Shown here in pieces: positions 40,860 to 50,607 of a stretch of 64,000 bases of DNA (position 1 is its first letter; each line of letters opens with the position of its first letter). Below the pieces are notes generated by a model. It had not been told where the DNA came from. It did no database searches and saw nothing but the letters and a program-made list of their open reading frames with translations. Origin of the DNA: a virus. Location of the stretch: IMG/VR virus record IMGVR_UViG_3300027972_000001, positions 28,169 to 92,168 of that record, one strand, 5' to 3'. The translations under genes were made by a program, and so were the position numbers.

Positions 40860-43085
40860 TTAAACATAATAAGCTACTATATCTCCTTTTGAATTTACTG
40901 TTTGTTCAAATGTAGCAGATGTTGTAGTAAAAGTTAATTTAGTAGTGCCAGCACGTTTTAAAATAAAATCTTCATCATAAGATGAAATAATACCCTCATT
41001 TATAACTAAGTTATGATCAAAATAATAAGCAGGTCTATCTGTCTCAAAATGAGAATAACTCGCATTTTGTGGTCCTACTAGTACATATCCAGAATTTGTA
41101 GTAACTCTTACAGAATTACCCGATCCTTCATGTATTTGAGTATTACCATCATTTAAATAAATGCTACCATATACTATTAAATAACTCTTTATAAAATCAG
41201 CTATAGTTGTATCATCATAAGCAGATAATCTAAGTATATAATTAGAAGTATTACCACCTCTTATTTTAACACCATATCCAGTAGCATGAATATTATAAAT
41301 ATATGCTGCTACATCACTATCCCTATTTTCAGCTACAGTAAATCTCCAACTACCTACAGATCCTGTACCTATTGAAACGTATCCTGTACTACCATCAATA
41401 TAGATAATAGCCGTACCTTTACCATCTCCAATTAAAGTATCACGATAATATGAAGTACCACCACTATAACCTCTATAACTTAAACAAAGAGTACCTGTAT
41501 CATTCGTAGTCCCATTATACCATATTTCATTGGTATTTCCAAATGTAACTCCTGCTGAACCGCTTGCAGTTATATTAGAATAAGATGTTATCGTTCCGGC
41601 AAAATAATTAGGCATTGAACCTGCTTCATAAATACCATAAGTTGTTGAACTTCCATCACCACTTAAATATAATTGACACCATTGCGAAGCCCTATGAGCA
41701 AGTATTCCTACTTCTCCTAAAGTTGTTGTAGCACCATTATACCAAACTTTTAATCCAACGTTACTTGCTGCACCCATTGTAGAATTAACAATTAATTGGT
41801 CTGTAGAAGTAGATGAACTATTTATTCCAAGAGAACCATAATAACCTGATAATCCCATTTTTAAATTACCATTACTATACCAAGCATGAGAACAATAACC
41901 ATCGGGATCGTAACCATTATAAGTAACAAGAATGTCTCCAACAGTTATATCCAGATACGTATCAGTAATTCCAGGTCTAGTAATTCTTGTTATACCATTT
42001 ATAAGAAAAGTGCTACCATCCCATGTAAGTTTAGCATCTCCTTCTATAGTATCTGCATCTGTCCATATTGCTAACTGATTATTAACTGGAGTACCACTAA
42101 TAGTTACTGTACCACCTGTTGGTGTATACCATCCTCTAGTACCACTGGGATCAGTGCCATATACTTTATTAGCACCAGGAGTAGCACTATCTCCAACAAG
42201 ATTTACATTAAAAGAACCATCTGATACTAATGAATATCTAAATGTCCAACCACCTGCACCACCGCCACCAGAACCATATGCAATTATATCATTATCTGAA
42301 GTTAATAATCCAGTACTTGGATTTATAGAAACTTTACTTTCACTATGAACTGCATTACCTGTAGTCCCATTCCAAACCATTATATCTTGATCTACAGAAG
42401 TACCAGGATCTGCAATAGCACCAACATCACTATATACTAAACCATGAGGTACAAATCCATAAGAAGTAGCTCCACTAGCTTTTAAAAAATGTCCTGTAGT
42501 TAAACTAGAAACAGGATGATTAACTGTATCAATTAAATTATGAATAGTAGGAGAAAATCCAGTATGTCCACTATCAGCATAAGCTAATTCATTTAATTCA
42601 CTATGATTAAATGTTCCAGATGTTACTACAGTCCATGCACCATCACCTCTAAAAAAATGTGTGATATCACCATCTAATTGTAAACCACCTACACTACCAA
42701 TTGTAGCTAATGGCATATCATCCCAAAAGCTACTATGAACTGTTCCACCATAAGCATGTACATCACCAGTAGTAATTGCATCTCCATCAATATTAATATT
42801 ACCATATATTGTTTGATCTGGATGTGTAACTGAATCTTGATATTTTACATATAATAAATCAGCATCACTTCTAGTTATATATCCACTAGGAATAACAGAA
42901 GATGTCGTTGAAACTAAATTAGGAATAGCACTAACTTGTTCCCAACCATCTTTCTTATTTTTTCTTGTTACACTAATTAAATGAAAAAATGTATTGTCTT
43001 TACTACAATAAACGATCTGATCTTTATTAACTTGTTGTAAGCTATAAAGATCAGGCCTATTACTTACTGTAATGAAAGCATCCAT
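40860..43085 (-). CDS. tail fibre/spike protein
   Basis: G/S/T-rich beta repeats, FFRGDGAW, GYVSIGT, three GD(V/I)xAY-type motifs. Confidence 0.8.
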   Translation of the reverse strand: MDAFITVSNRPDLYSLQQVNKDQIVYCSKDNTFFHLISVTRKNKKDGWEQVSAIPNLVSTTSSVIPSGYITRSDADLLYVKYQDSVTHPDQTIYGNINIDGDAITTGDVHAYGGTVHSSFWDDMPLATIGSVGGLQLDGDITHFFRGDGAWTVVTSGTFNHSELNELAYADSGHTGFSPTIHNLIDTVNHPVSSLTTGHFLKASGATSYGFVPHGLVYSDVGAIADPGTSVDQDIMVWNGTTGNAVHSESKVSINPSTGLLTSDNDIIAYGSGGGGAGGWTFRYSLVSDGSFNVNLVGDSATPGANKVYGTDPSGTRGWYTPTGGTVTISGTPVNNQLAIWTDADTIEGDAKLTWDGSTFLINGITRITRPGITDTYLDITVGDILVTYNGYDPDGYCSHAWYSNGNLKMGLSGYYGSLGINSSSTSTDQLIVNSTMGAASNVGLKVWYNGATTTLGEVGILAHRASQWCQLYLSGDGSSTTYGIYEAGSMPNYFAGTITSYSNITASGSAGVTFGNTNEIWYNGTTNDTGTLCLSYRGYSGGTSYYRDTLIGDGKGTAIIYIDGSTGYVSIGTGSVGSWRFTVAENRDSDVAAYIYNIHATGYGVKIRGGNTSNYILRLSAYDDTTIADFIKSYLIVYGSIYLNDGNTQIHEGSGNSVRVTTNSGYVLVGPQNASYSHFETDRPAYYFDHNLVINEGIISSYDEDFILKRAGTTKLTFTTTSATFEQTVNSKGDIVAYYV

Positions 43086-43832
43086 TTAAAGTCCAGTTTG
43101 TCCTGTTATAGTAGTACTTAAAGTTATAGTATCTTCTGTTCTAAAATCATTTAAAATTGGTCTATCAATATCAACTGCAAATGCTCTCAATAATCTACTC
43201 ATTTCTGATCTATCTTCAGAATCATTAGCACTTGCTTGATTTTTAGCCTTTTTACTTTCTTGTATCCACATACTAAATGGATTAGTAAGGGGATTTTTAC
43301 TATCTAATGAAAATATGGAATGTTTATGTCCTCTTCTAAGAATACAATATATTATATACCATTCAATAGCTCCTTGTATAATAGAATTAATAGGAACTTT
43401 AGGAAGATACATCATTAATTCACTATCATATTCAACAGCTGGAGTTTGATAATATAAATCAATATCACCATCTTCTATAGATGTAATAATATATCCATTT
43501 TTAATACTATAAGTCTCAGTACTATTATAACTTGAAACTTCTTGAGGTTGTTTTATAGGATTAATAACATTTAGTCTTCTTATTAAATTATCTTCATATG
43601 CAACACCTAATATTCGTCTAATATCTTGTGGTGCGTCATCAGGAAGATATACTATATGATCTTCAATAGTTAAAGTAACTTTTTTATCTTCATAAGAACT
43701 TATAAGTTGCATTTGATCTAAAGCATCAGCTACCCAAAGAGGAGCTCTAGATAACCAATCAGCATAATCAACATCAAAATTATTTTCAACTCTAGCAATA
43801 ATTTCTTTACAAGATACCAACTGATAGATCAT
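43086..43832 (-). CDS. tail ring/tubular protein (crAss Ttub-like)
   Basis: VSCKEII..V...F, WVADAL, YSIKNGYI.TS..DG.I.LYY, PKVP; upstream of muzzle. Confidence 0.65.
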   Translation of the reverse strand: MIYQLVSCKEIIARVENNFDVDYADWLSRAPLWVADALDQMQLISSYEDKKVTLTIEDHIVYLPDDAPQDIRRILGVAYEDNLIRRLNVINPIKQPQEVSSYNSTETYSIKNGYIITSIEDGDIDLYYQTPAVEYDSELMMYLPKVPINSIIQGAIEWYIIYCILRRGHKHSIFSLDSKNPLTNPFSMWIQESKKAKNQASANDSEDRSEMSRLLRAFAVDIDRPILNDFRTEDTITLSTTITGQTGL

Positions 43833-43846
43833 ATTTGATGTTTATT

Positions 43847-43878
43847 TAAAGTTACAAAAAAATTTTGATATATACAAG
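43847..43878 (-). promoter_or_regulatory. Bacteroidota-type promoter for the tail/cargo/RNAP operon
   Basis: Minus strand CTTG-N20-TAACTTTA directly downstream of a terminator and 14 nt upstream of the ATG. Confidence 0.6.
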
Positions 43879-43896
43879 TATATTATCAAAAGAAGT

Positions 43897-43932
43897 AAAA
43901 AATAGTGTAACCCATTTAAGAGTTACACTATT
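43897..43932 (-). terminator. intrinsic terminator
   Basis: AATAGTGTAAC-N10-GTTACACTATT with A-run at 43897-43902. Confidence 0.8.
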
Positions 43933-43935
43933 ATC

Positions 43936-44283
43936 TTATAGGGTTAAAGGTTTAAGAACTTCTTCTGGATTAGGAATAACTTTTTCAATTAATGATGTAT
44001 GATTTGAAGTAAGTAAATCTTTTTTATCTAATTCTATAAGTTGATTTACAATTAATTTAATTTCTCCATCAGTAATATCAATATCAACATATTCAGTAAA
44101 ACCTAATTCATTCCATTTATAATCATCACCTTCAATTTTTAAATCATATTTTATAGTTTCTTCTTCATTTGCAACTAATTTTTTCTTTAATGAATCAATT
44201 AGTTTAAAGGTCATAAAATTACCTTGTCCATATTCAGCAATAGTTTGTATTGCTACAATACGTTCCAAAATATTAAGTTTCAT
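43936..44283 (-). CDS. hypothetical protein (possible fibre-associated)
   Basis: 115-aa acidic ORF following a fibre-like gene. Confidence 0.7.
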   Translation of the reverse strand: MKLNILERIVAIQTIAEYGQGNFMTFKLIDSLKKKLVANEEETIKYDLKIEGDDYKWNELGFTEYVDIDITDGEIKLIVNQLIELDKKDLLTSNHTSLIEKVIPNPEEVLKPLTL

Positions 44284-44331
44284 ATTATATATTATTATTT
44301 ATTTACTATTTATTACTTAATTATAATTATA

Positions 44332-44964
44332 TTATGCTCCAGTAGTAGTAAGCATCATATAATACTTAGTTGTACCAATTCTAATTCTAAGTGCATGAGT
44401 AGCAGCAGTAGCAGTATTTGCTTGAAATACTTTACCTGAAGCAACACTTAAACCTTGAATATCCATAATATATCCATTAGTATCAAAGTTAGCTATCCCA
44501 GCTCCCCAAGCATTAAGATTAATAAATGATACAGGAACAGTACTTGTAAATCCAGTAGGCATATTTAATTCACCTTCAAATACAGTATATGTTCCAGATC
44601 CACCTGCAGGATTAGTAGTTGGAAGATCAAGTTCTCCACAAATAGCACCAGCTAATCCAGTAACATAACCAGTAGTGGTAAAATCAACTTTACCAACAAC
44701 AGCATTTACCCATACTCCATTCTTAACAGCAGTAGTAAGAGTAAATCTAGCAGTTTCCATCATATTAACAGCAGAAACACCTGTTGTAGTTAATTTTACA
44801 TCAAGTGCTTTTATTAGACTGGCGGCTGTAATTGCCGTAGTAACTGCACGTTCACTAGCAGTTACGGTAATTGAACCCGTAGGAAAATAAGAATTCAAAA
44901 ACCTTACAATTTCAACAGTCTTTCTACGAATACTCGTAGTAACAGGACCAGATAAAATGTTCAT
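44332..44964 (-). CDS. putative virion fibre/decoration protein
   Basis: T/A/G-rich beta protein ending LRIRIGTTKYYMML, similar to small fibre tips. Confidence 0.5.
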   Translation of the reverse strand: MNILSGPVTTSIRRKTVEIVRFLNSYFPTGSITVTASERAVTTAITAASLIKALDVKLTTTGVSAVNMMETARFTLTTAVKNGVWVNAVVGKVDFTTTGYVTGLAGAICGELDLPTTNPAGGSGTYTVFEGELNMPTGFTSTVPVSFINLNAWGAGIANFDTNGYIMDIQGLSVASGKVFQANTATAATHALRIRIGTTKYYMMLTTTGA

Positions 44965-44976
44965 AATTTAATCATA

Positions 44977-45465
44977 TTATTTATTGTTAGTATTAGAAAT
45001 TTCCATTTTTAATTCAGTTTTAATTTCTTTACTAAATTTACTCCAAGCTGTATATCCTAATATAAATAAAACAACACAACTAATTATAATAACAGCAAGA
45101 CCAATTTTAGGATACTTTTTAACCATTTTGTATTCACTTAAATCTTCATGTATAAGAGCTATCTTTTCTTCAGTATCCCCTTTCTTTTCATCTATCTTCT
45201 TATCAAGTTCCTTAATTTTTTCAATTTGAGGACAAGTTATAATATGTTGAATACCAGCTTTTTCAAGGTCAGTTACTCTACCATTAGTCTTTTTAGTTTG
45301 TGCTTCAATTTCTTCTAAACAACTATCTTGTTTATCCATTCTCTCATGAATATTGATGAATTCAGCATTTATATGACTACTTAATCCACTAAGTTTTTCA
45401 GAAACAATTCCTAGTTTAGCTGTAAATAATTTATCAAGAAGATCAATATCATTAGAATCAATCAT
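44977..45465 (-). CDS. coiled-coil protein with C-terminal TM (holin/lysis-related candidate)
   Basis: QTKKTNGRV motif, coiled coil, TM IGLAVIIISCVVLFILGYTAW. Confidence 0.5.
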   Translation of the reverse strand: MIDSNDIDLLDKLFTAKLGIVSEKLSGLSSHINAEFINIHERMDKQDSCLEEIEAQTKKTNGRVTDLEKAGIQHIITCPQIEKIKELDKKIDEKKGDTEEKIALIHEDLSEYKMVKKYPKIGLAVIIISCVVLFILGYTAWSKFSKEIKTELKMEISNTNNK

Positions 45466-45497
45466 AATAGTTTGTTTTATAGGGTAATGTTAGTAAA

Positions 45498-45875
45498 TTA
45501 TAAATTTAATAGAAAAGATATTCCAACTATTCCACATATTGTTTTTATAAATAATAGATAATGCCAGGGTACTTTTTGTAGAAATTTATCATATAATTTA
45601 GTATTACCAATATATTCAAATTCTAAACCTCTTGTAATATTATAAATATAATCAAATATCAAAAACCTAACAAACACAAATCCTAATATTATTTTCCATA
45701 CTGGTATATCTATTGTATAAACTGTAATACCATAAGTCACATAAGCAACTGTAAAGATACCAACTAACTTACCAATAAACTCAATGACACCTGATATAGT
45801 CTTCTTACCTTTATCATAAAGACCATCAGCTATTGCTTCAAGGGCATTCCAAAGTATTGTGAAAATTAGTATCAT
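45498..45875 (-). CDS. multi-pass membrane protein (holin candidate)
   Basis: 3-4 hydrophobic segments in 125 aa. Confidence 0.5.
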   Translation of the reverse strand: MILIFTILWNALEAIADGLYDKGKKTISGVIEFIGKLVGIFTVAYVTYGITVYTIDIPVWKIILGFVFVRFLIFDYIYNITRGLEFEYIGNTKLYDKFLQKVPWHYLLFIKTICGIVGISFLLNL

Positions 45876-48607
45876 ACTTCAATTCCTTCTTTTAAAACAA
45901 AATTAGTAACTCTATCTCCTGCACCAGTTGATTGAACAAGTATATATTCAGACGTAGTATATGTATTATCAGTAACAGGATTAGTACCACTACCACCTAC
46001 AACAGAAATTGTAATCCATGTGTTATTACCACCTTTTATATATGCAGTCCAAACTCCGGCAAGAGAACGTGTTATCTTAATTCTATACCAATTATTAATA
46101 TTTAGATATGAAGCTACTGTTGAAATTAATGTGCTAGGTGTTGCCAAATTATGTTTACTAAATTCAAACTTTTCTGCACTAGTGTAATACACACGATAAG
46201 CACCTATGGCACTATCAGGAACTTTAGTATTTGAATTAATTAAATAAATAAGTAATGCATTACTATCAGCACCTTTATACCAATCAAATTCCCATGTACC
46301 ATATGCCTGTTTACTTGGTATTGCAATAATACCAGCAGTAACACATTCAAGATACTTAGTACCATTGGTAAAGGTTGGAAGAGGGGGAATTTCTTCTAAT
46401 ACACAATCCGCTATATAAAATATATCTCCAACAACTCCAGTAGCCATATAAAAATAATAATTATCATCAGATAGATTATTACAACTAAACTCGAAAGATG
46501 AAGATTGCCAATAATCTGCTTCTGTAACATAAGGAGTTAGGGGTACTCCAGTAGATACTCTTAATCCAGGAGTACCTAAATTAGATGCTGTAGGAATATA
46601 ATATTTACATTTAAGTCTATATCTCTTTCCTACAGTCATTTTATCTGTTTGATATATATATATTGTGGATGCACCAGTTACTGTGCATTTACATACATTA
46701 TTAACACCTTCAAAAGAAGATAAATACGCTGCAGTACAATCAGAAACACTCCAGCCAGTAGTATCTCCTGTAGAAAAATTACCATTTGTTAATTTATTTC
46801 CTAATGATGTTTGATGTTCACCAATCTTAAATGAACCAGACTGACGTGTCCATCCACTCGGAACCTTACTAACACCATCAGCACCTTCATCTTTAAACGA
46901 TTCTTGAAGTGTAATACGTTTAGCAAAAGAGTTATGCCAGTTCTTAATTTCTTGTGCAGTTAGAGTTCTATTGTATGCTTTAAAATCCTCAGAAATATTT
47001 GGTGTACTTGTATAAGTAGTACCCCCACGAGTAAAGAAACCAATTATAGTAAGGTTACCAGCAGGCAAAGATGCTAATAAACAACTATTAGTTTGCAATA
47101 CTCCATCAACATAAAAATATATTCTTGTTCCATCACTAACAAAAGCCAAATTGACAAATCTGTTAAGAGGTAATGATACATCTAAAGTGGTGTCTACAGT
47201 AGATGATCCACCAGATGACCTAAATCTAATGATATTAGATGCAGCAACATTACAATATCCCGAAGAAGTTATTTGATGTAGATATCCTGTTGCTGTTGTA
47301 CCTGTGAATTTAAATCTATGAAGAACTGTAGATGGTTTAAATAAATCACCAATACCAGATGCTACAGAAATAGTTGAACCAATATCTCCTTTAGTTTGTA
47401 ATCCTTCTTTACATGAAACAACACTACCAACTAATGTTCCATTCTTACCATTCCCACTAATATCAACCAATGTATTACCATTAGGAATAAAATTATATGC
47501 GGCTACAAGACCAGATACTTCTTCAATGACCCACTGATCAATATATATAACTTCACCTGCAGACATGTTATTACCTTTAATATAACACCCAGTTGTACTA
47601 GCTGCAGCTTCTGTAATATTAAACCATTGATAAGAAGTAGTTAGTGTTAAAGTGGTTGTATTTGTTAAATATACAAGTAAACTTGGATTGCCTGAATTTA
47701 ATTTTGCTCTAATGCTTACTCTATACTTTTTACCAATAGTTAGATCACGATCTAAATCATAAGAATCTCGAAATAAAGTATAAGCACCTAAAGTATTATC
47801 AACAAATGTTACCTTTAAAGCATAACCATTTAATGCATCAGCATCTGTAACTCTTTCTATTGTATTATTACCATAAACTGTCCAACTTTCTGTATCACTA
47901 ATAAAAGCACCTTTTCCAGCATCAACAATATTGGTATATACATTCTCCTTCTCCATACTCAAATCAGTAGGTTTCATTGCCTGATAGTCTGGAGTCTTAC
48001 AATCTTCTATAGGATAAGAGTTGAGAAAGTCTTTGTATGCTTGTGAACGTTCTTGTTCTGTTAGTATATGGTTATAGCAAGTAATTCTAGATATAAATCC
48101 AGCACATCCTGCCTCTGTTGGAGCCATAGCACCTAGTGTTGAAAATGAAAAATCATTATTCGTTACATAAGTATTTGAACCTAAACTAATTTGATCAATA
48201 AAAGTTTCAACATTTAAACCATTTCTAACAATTATTAATTGATGCCAATTATTGTCAAAAGAATAGGTTTTAAATTTTGCTTCTGTATTAATTGTATAAT
48301 AAATAGAACCCCATCCTCTGAATGATAAATAATCTGCCGAACCTACAACACCTAATATACCATAATGAGTACTAACACCTTTAGTTTTAGAGTCTTTTTT
48401 AACATTAATAATAATGGTATGAATTGTACCTAAATTTAATTCTGGATAAACAATGTTGGAATCGGAAGCAACTGTTGGAATATAAATCGCTAACCCATTT
48501 TCCTTTTTATTAAAAGTAGCAATACCATTAGTATTAGTGCCAATTACACCAGATACTTTCTCAACCAAACTACCAGTCCTAAAATCAACATCAAATATCT
48601 TAGCCAT
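45872..48607 (-). CDS. LamG/ConA-like lectin protein with CBM-like jelly-roll domains (putative receptor-binding)
   Basis: NNWHQLIIVR..ETFIDQ, GLVAAYNF..DISGNG.NGTL, YFYVDGV, YNRTLTAQEI; CBM-like NKLTNGNFS.G...W. Confidence 0.8.
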   Translation of the reverse strand: MAKIFDVDFRTGSLVEKVSGVIGTNTNGIATFNKKENGLAIYIPTVASDSNIVYPELNLGTIHTIIINVKKDSKTKGVSTHYGILGVVGSADYLSFRGWGSIYYTINTEAKFKTYSFDNNWHQLIIVRNGLNVETFIDQISLGSNTYVTNNDFSFSTLGAMAPTEAGCAGFISRITCYNHILTEQERSQAYKDFLNSYPIEDCKTPDYQAMKPTDLSMEKENVYTNIVDAGKGAFISDTESWTVYGNNTIERVTDADALNGYALKVTFVDNTLGAYTLFRDSYDLDRDLTIGKKYRVSIRAKLNSGNPSLLVYLTNTTTLTLTTSYQWFNITEAAASTTGCYIKGNNMSAGEVIYIDQWVIEEVSGLVAAYNFIPNGNTLVDISGNGKNGTLVGSVVSCKEGLQTKGDIGSTISVASGIGDLFKPSTVLHRFKFTGTTATGYLHQITSSGYCNVAASNIIRFRSSGGSSTVDTTLDVSLPLNRFVNLAFVSDGTRIYFYVDGVLQTNSCLLASLPAGNLTIIGFFTRGGTTYTSTPNISEDFKAYNRTLTAQEIKNWHNSFAKRITLQESFKDEGADGVSKVPSGWTRQSGSFKIGEHQTSLGNKLTNGNFSTGDTTGWSVSDCTAAYLSSFEGVNNVCKCTVTGASTIYIYQTDKMTVGKRYRLKCKYYIPTASNLGTPGLRVSTGVPLTPYVTEADYWQSSSFEFSCNNLSDDNYYFYMATGVVGDIFYIADCVLEEIPPLPTFTNGTKYLECVTAGIIAIPSKQAYGTWEFDWYKGADSNALLIYLINSNTKVPDSAIGAYRVYYTSAEKFEFSKHNLATPSTLISTVASYLNINNWYRIKITRSLAGVWTAYIKGGNNTWITISVVGGSGTNPVTDNTYTTSEYILVQSTGAGDRVTNFVLKEGIEV

Positions 48608-50607
48608 TACACTCCATATTTAGTTCTCTCCGAAGAGAATATTTCACTAATCTCATTTACTGAAAGGATACCATCAATGATACGAACTTTGTCTATTAGG
48701 CCATTAAAGAATGTACTATTTGCATCTCCTCGTCTACCAATTCCTATGTTAGTGGTTCCAGCCACAGGAGTACCACTAGATTGATTGGCTGTACCAGACA
48801 AAACTCCATCTATATAAAAATTAGTAACTCCTGTTGAAGTTCTAGAAATAACCATTAATTTCCATTTAGCTCTTGGAAGAAGAACTGCAGCACTTTGAGC
48901 ATATGTTGAATTATTTGATGTTAACCAACAAGAAGCAGATTTATTTTCATCAATTTGCAGTTGACCATTCCTAAATACGATAAAGTCATTTCCTGTAGAT
49001 GCATCTGGATAAAATTTGCTCCAATAACAAAATGTTTTATCTCCTATTAAATTATCGTAAGCTCCACAATCTATCTTAGATGTAAGACCATTAAACAACA
49101 TAGCAATAATGTCTCCGTCTTTTACTAAAGATGTTGCAGTATTAACTACTAAAGGAATAATTTCGTATATTCTTATATCGCTGAAGTCACAATAAGGACT
49201 TGTTCCGCCACAATAAAAATAGTTAGTTCCTGCTGCAACAATAGTTTCGGTATAAGTACCATTAGCTGTTCTTTCTGCTCCAGCCCCTGTTCCGCCACAA
49301 GCTATTTTTGCTATTCCTGATACATAATTACTAATTGTGTATGTTACCTTATATGTTCTTCCTATTATTGTTGTACCTGCTGTTGTATAAGAGCTAGAGG
49401 CTTGACCCGTAGCATGTATTTTTCCATTCGATATTGTCCACCCAGCTCCTTTAGTCCAGCCGCTGTCTGCCGAAAATAGCCCAAGCCCTTGTAAAACTTC
49501 GTAGTTAATATATTGTTCGCCACTAAATTTGTTTTTTATTACTCCAGAACATGCACAAACATCAAGGATAGAACGTGTACGATTAACTAAGACTTCTTTG
49601 ATTGACACATTGTCGATGTATCCTGGCGTAGAACTTGCCGTTTGTCCATATATAGACAGTCCATTTGTTCCCCCTGTAAAAGAAGCTGGTGTATCAACTA
49701 AGAACGAATAAGAACCTGTTGTGTATAATGCTCCTACTATTATAGGAGTGCCACCAACATAATTTAAAAAATAAAAAAAGGTATTTGTTTCGGATATAAT
49801 ATCAAAACTTATTCGATATCTAGTAGATACCTTCCAAGTCATTGTATTTTGTCGTATATATTGAAGATTATTTACATCATCATAATACGCCCTACCGTTT
49901 AATATGGTCCAGCTTGCTTGCTTTTCCCAAGTAGCCTCGCTATCGAACCCTCCATTAACAACTAACTCAGGACCTAGCTGCTCTTCTTTATCTAATTGAA
50001 CATCTCTATACATAGAGTTATTAAATATATTTGAGACTTCTTCAACTGTAAGAGCATCTTTATAAATTTCGAATAAAGAAATTGAACCATTCAATGTATT
50101 AGAACCTCCAACATTGCCTAAGTAAACTGTATTCTTTGAAGTAAGCTTAAGACCTGTTGAAATAGAGGCAATTAAAACGTTGTCAACATATAATGTAATT
50201 GTTGAAGCAGATTTTGTCCAAACTACGTCGTGCCAAACACCAACTACTATAGGAGTTGTAGAATAAATGTTAAAAGAATTAAAAGCAATAGCCCAATTTA
50301 AATCTGCAAGTTGATCTGGCATAATTGCCAAATTCCAATTTCCAGAACCTATTACTCCTGAGCCATGAATAAGCGTATTAAACTTAACCTTAAATCTAAG
50401 AGAAAAAGTTGTTTTATAGAAAGAATAATTTAAATAATCTGGTATCTGAATTCTACTATTAATTGTGCCGTTGAATATAGCGCTACCATCGACAATGGTA
50501 GATTGAGTACCCAATGTAAAACCTTTGCTTCTTACAGATGCCTCGTCGTTGAAGGTCTCTCTAAAAACACACTTACGGTCAAGACTATATGTGGATTCTC
50601 GACGCAT
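48607..50607 (-). CDS. LamG/ConA-like lectin protein with CBM-like domains
   Basis: WHDVVWT..LYVDN, FYIDGV, IGIGRR..FNGLIDKVRI..LS..EI; LGPELVVNGGFD. Confidence 0.8.
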   Translation of the reverse strand: MRRESTYSLDRKCVFRETFNDEASVRSKGFTLGTQSTIVDGSAIFNGTINSRIQIPDYLNYSFYKTTFSLRFKVKFNTLIHGSGVIGSGNWNLAIMPDQLADLNWAIAFNSFNIYSTTPIVVGVWHDVVWTKSASTITLYVDNVLIASISTGLKLTSKNTVYLGNVGGSNTLNGSISLFEIYKDALTVEEVSNIFNNSMYRDVQLDKEEQLGPELVVNGGFDSEATWEKQASWTILNGRAYYDDVNNLQYIRQNTMTWKVSTRYRISFDIISETNTFFYFLNYVGGTPIIVGALYTTGSYSFLVDTPASFTGGTNGLSIYGQTASSTPGYIDNVSIKEVLVNRTRSILDVCACSGVIKNKFSGEQYINYEVLQGLGLFSADSGWTKGAGWTISNGKIHATGQASSSYTTAGTTIIGRTYKVTYTISNYVSGIAKIACGGTGAGAERTANGTYTETIVAAGTNYFYCGGTSPYCDFSDIRIYEIIPLVVNTATSLVKDGDIIAMLFNGLTSKIDCGAYDNLIGDKTFCYWSKFYPDASTGNDFIVFRNGQLQIDENKSASCWLTSNNSTYAQSAAVLLPRAKWKLMVISRTSTGVTNFYIDGVLSGTANQSSGTPVAGTTNIGIGRRGDANSTFFNGLIDKVRIIDGILSVNEISEIFSSERTKYGV

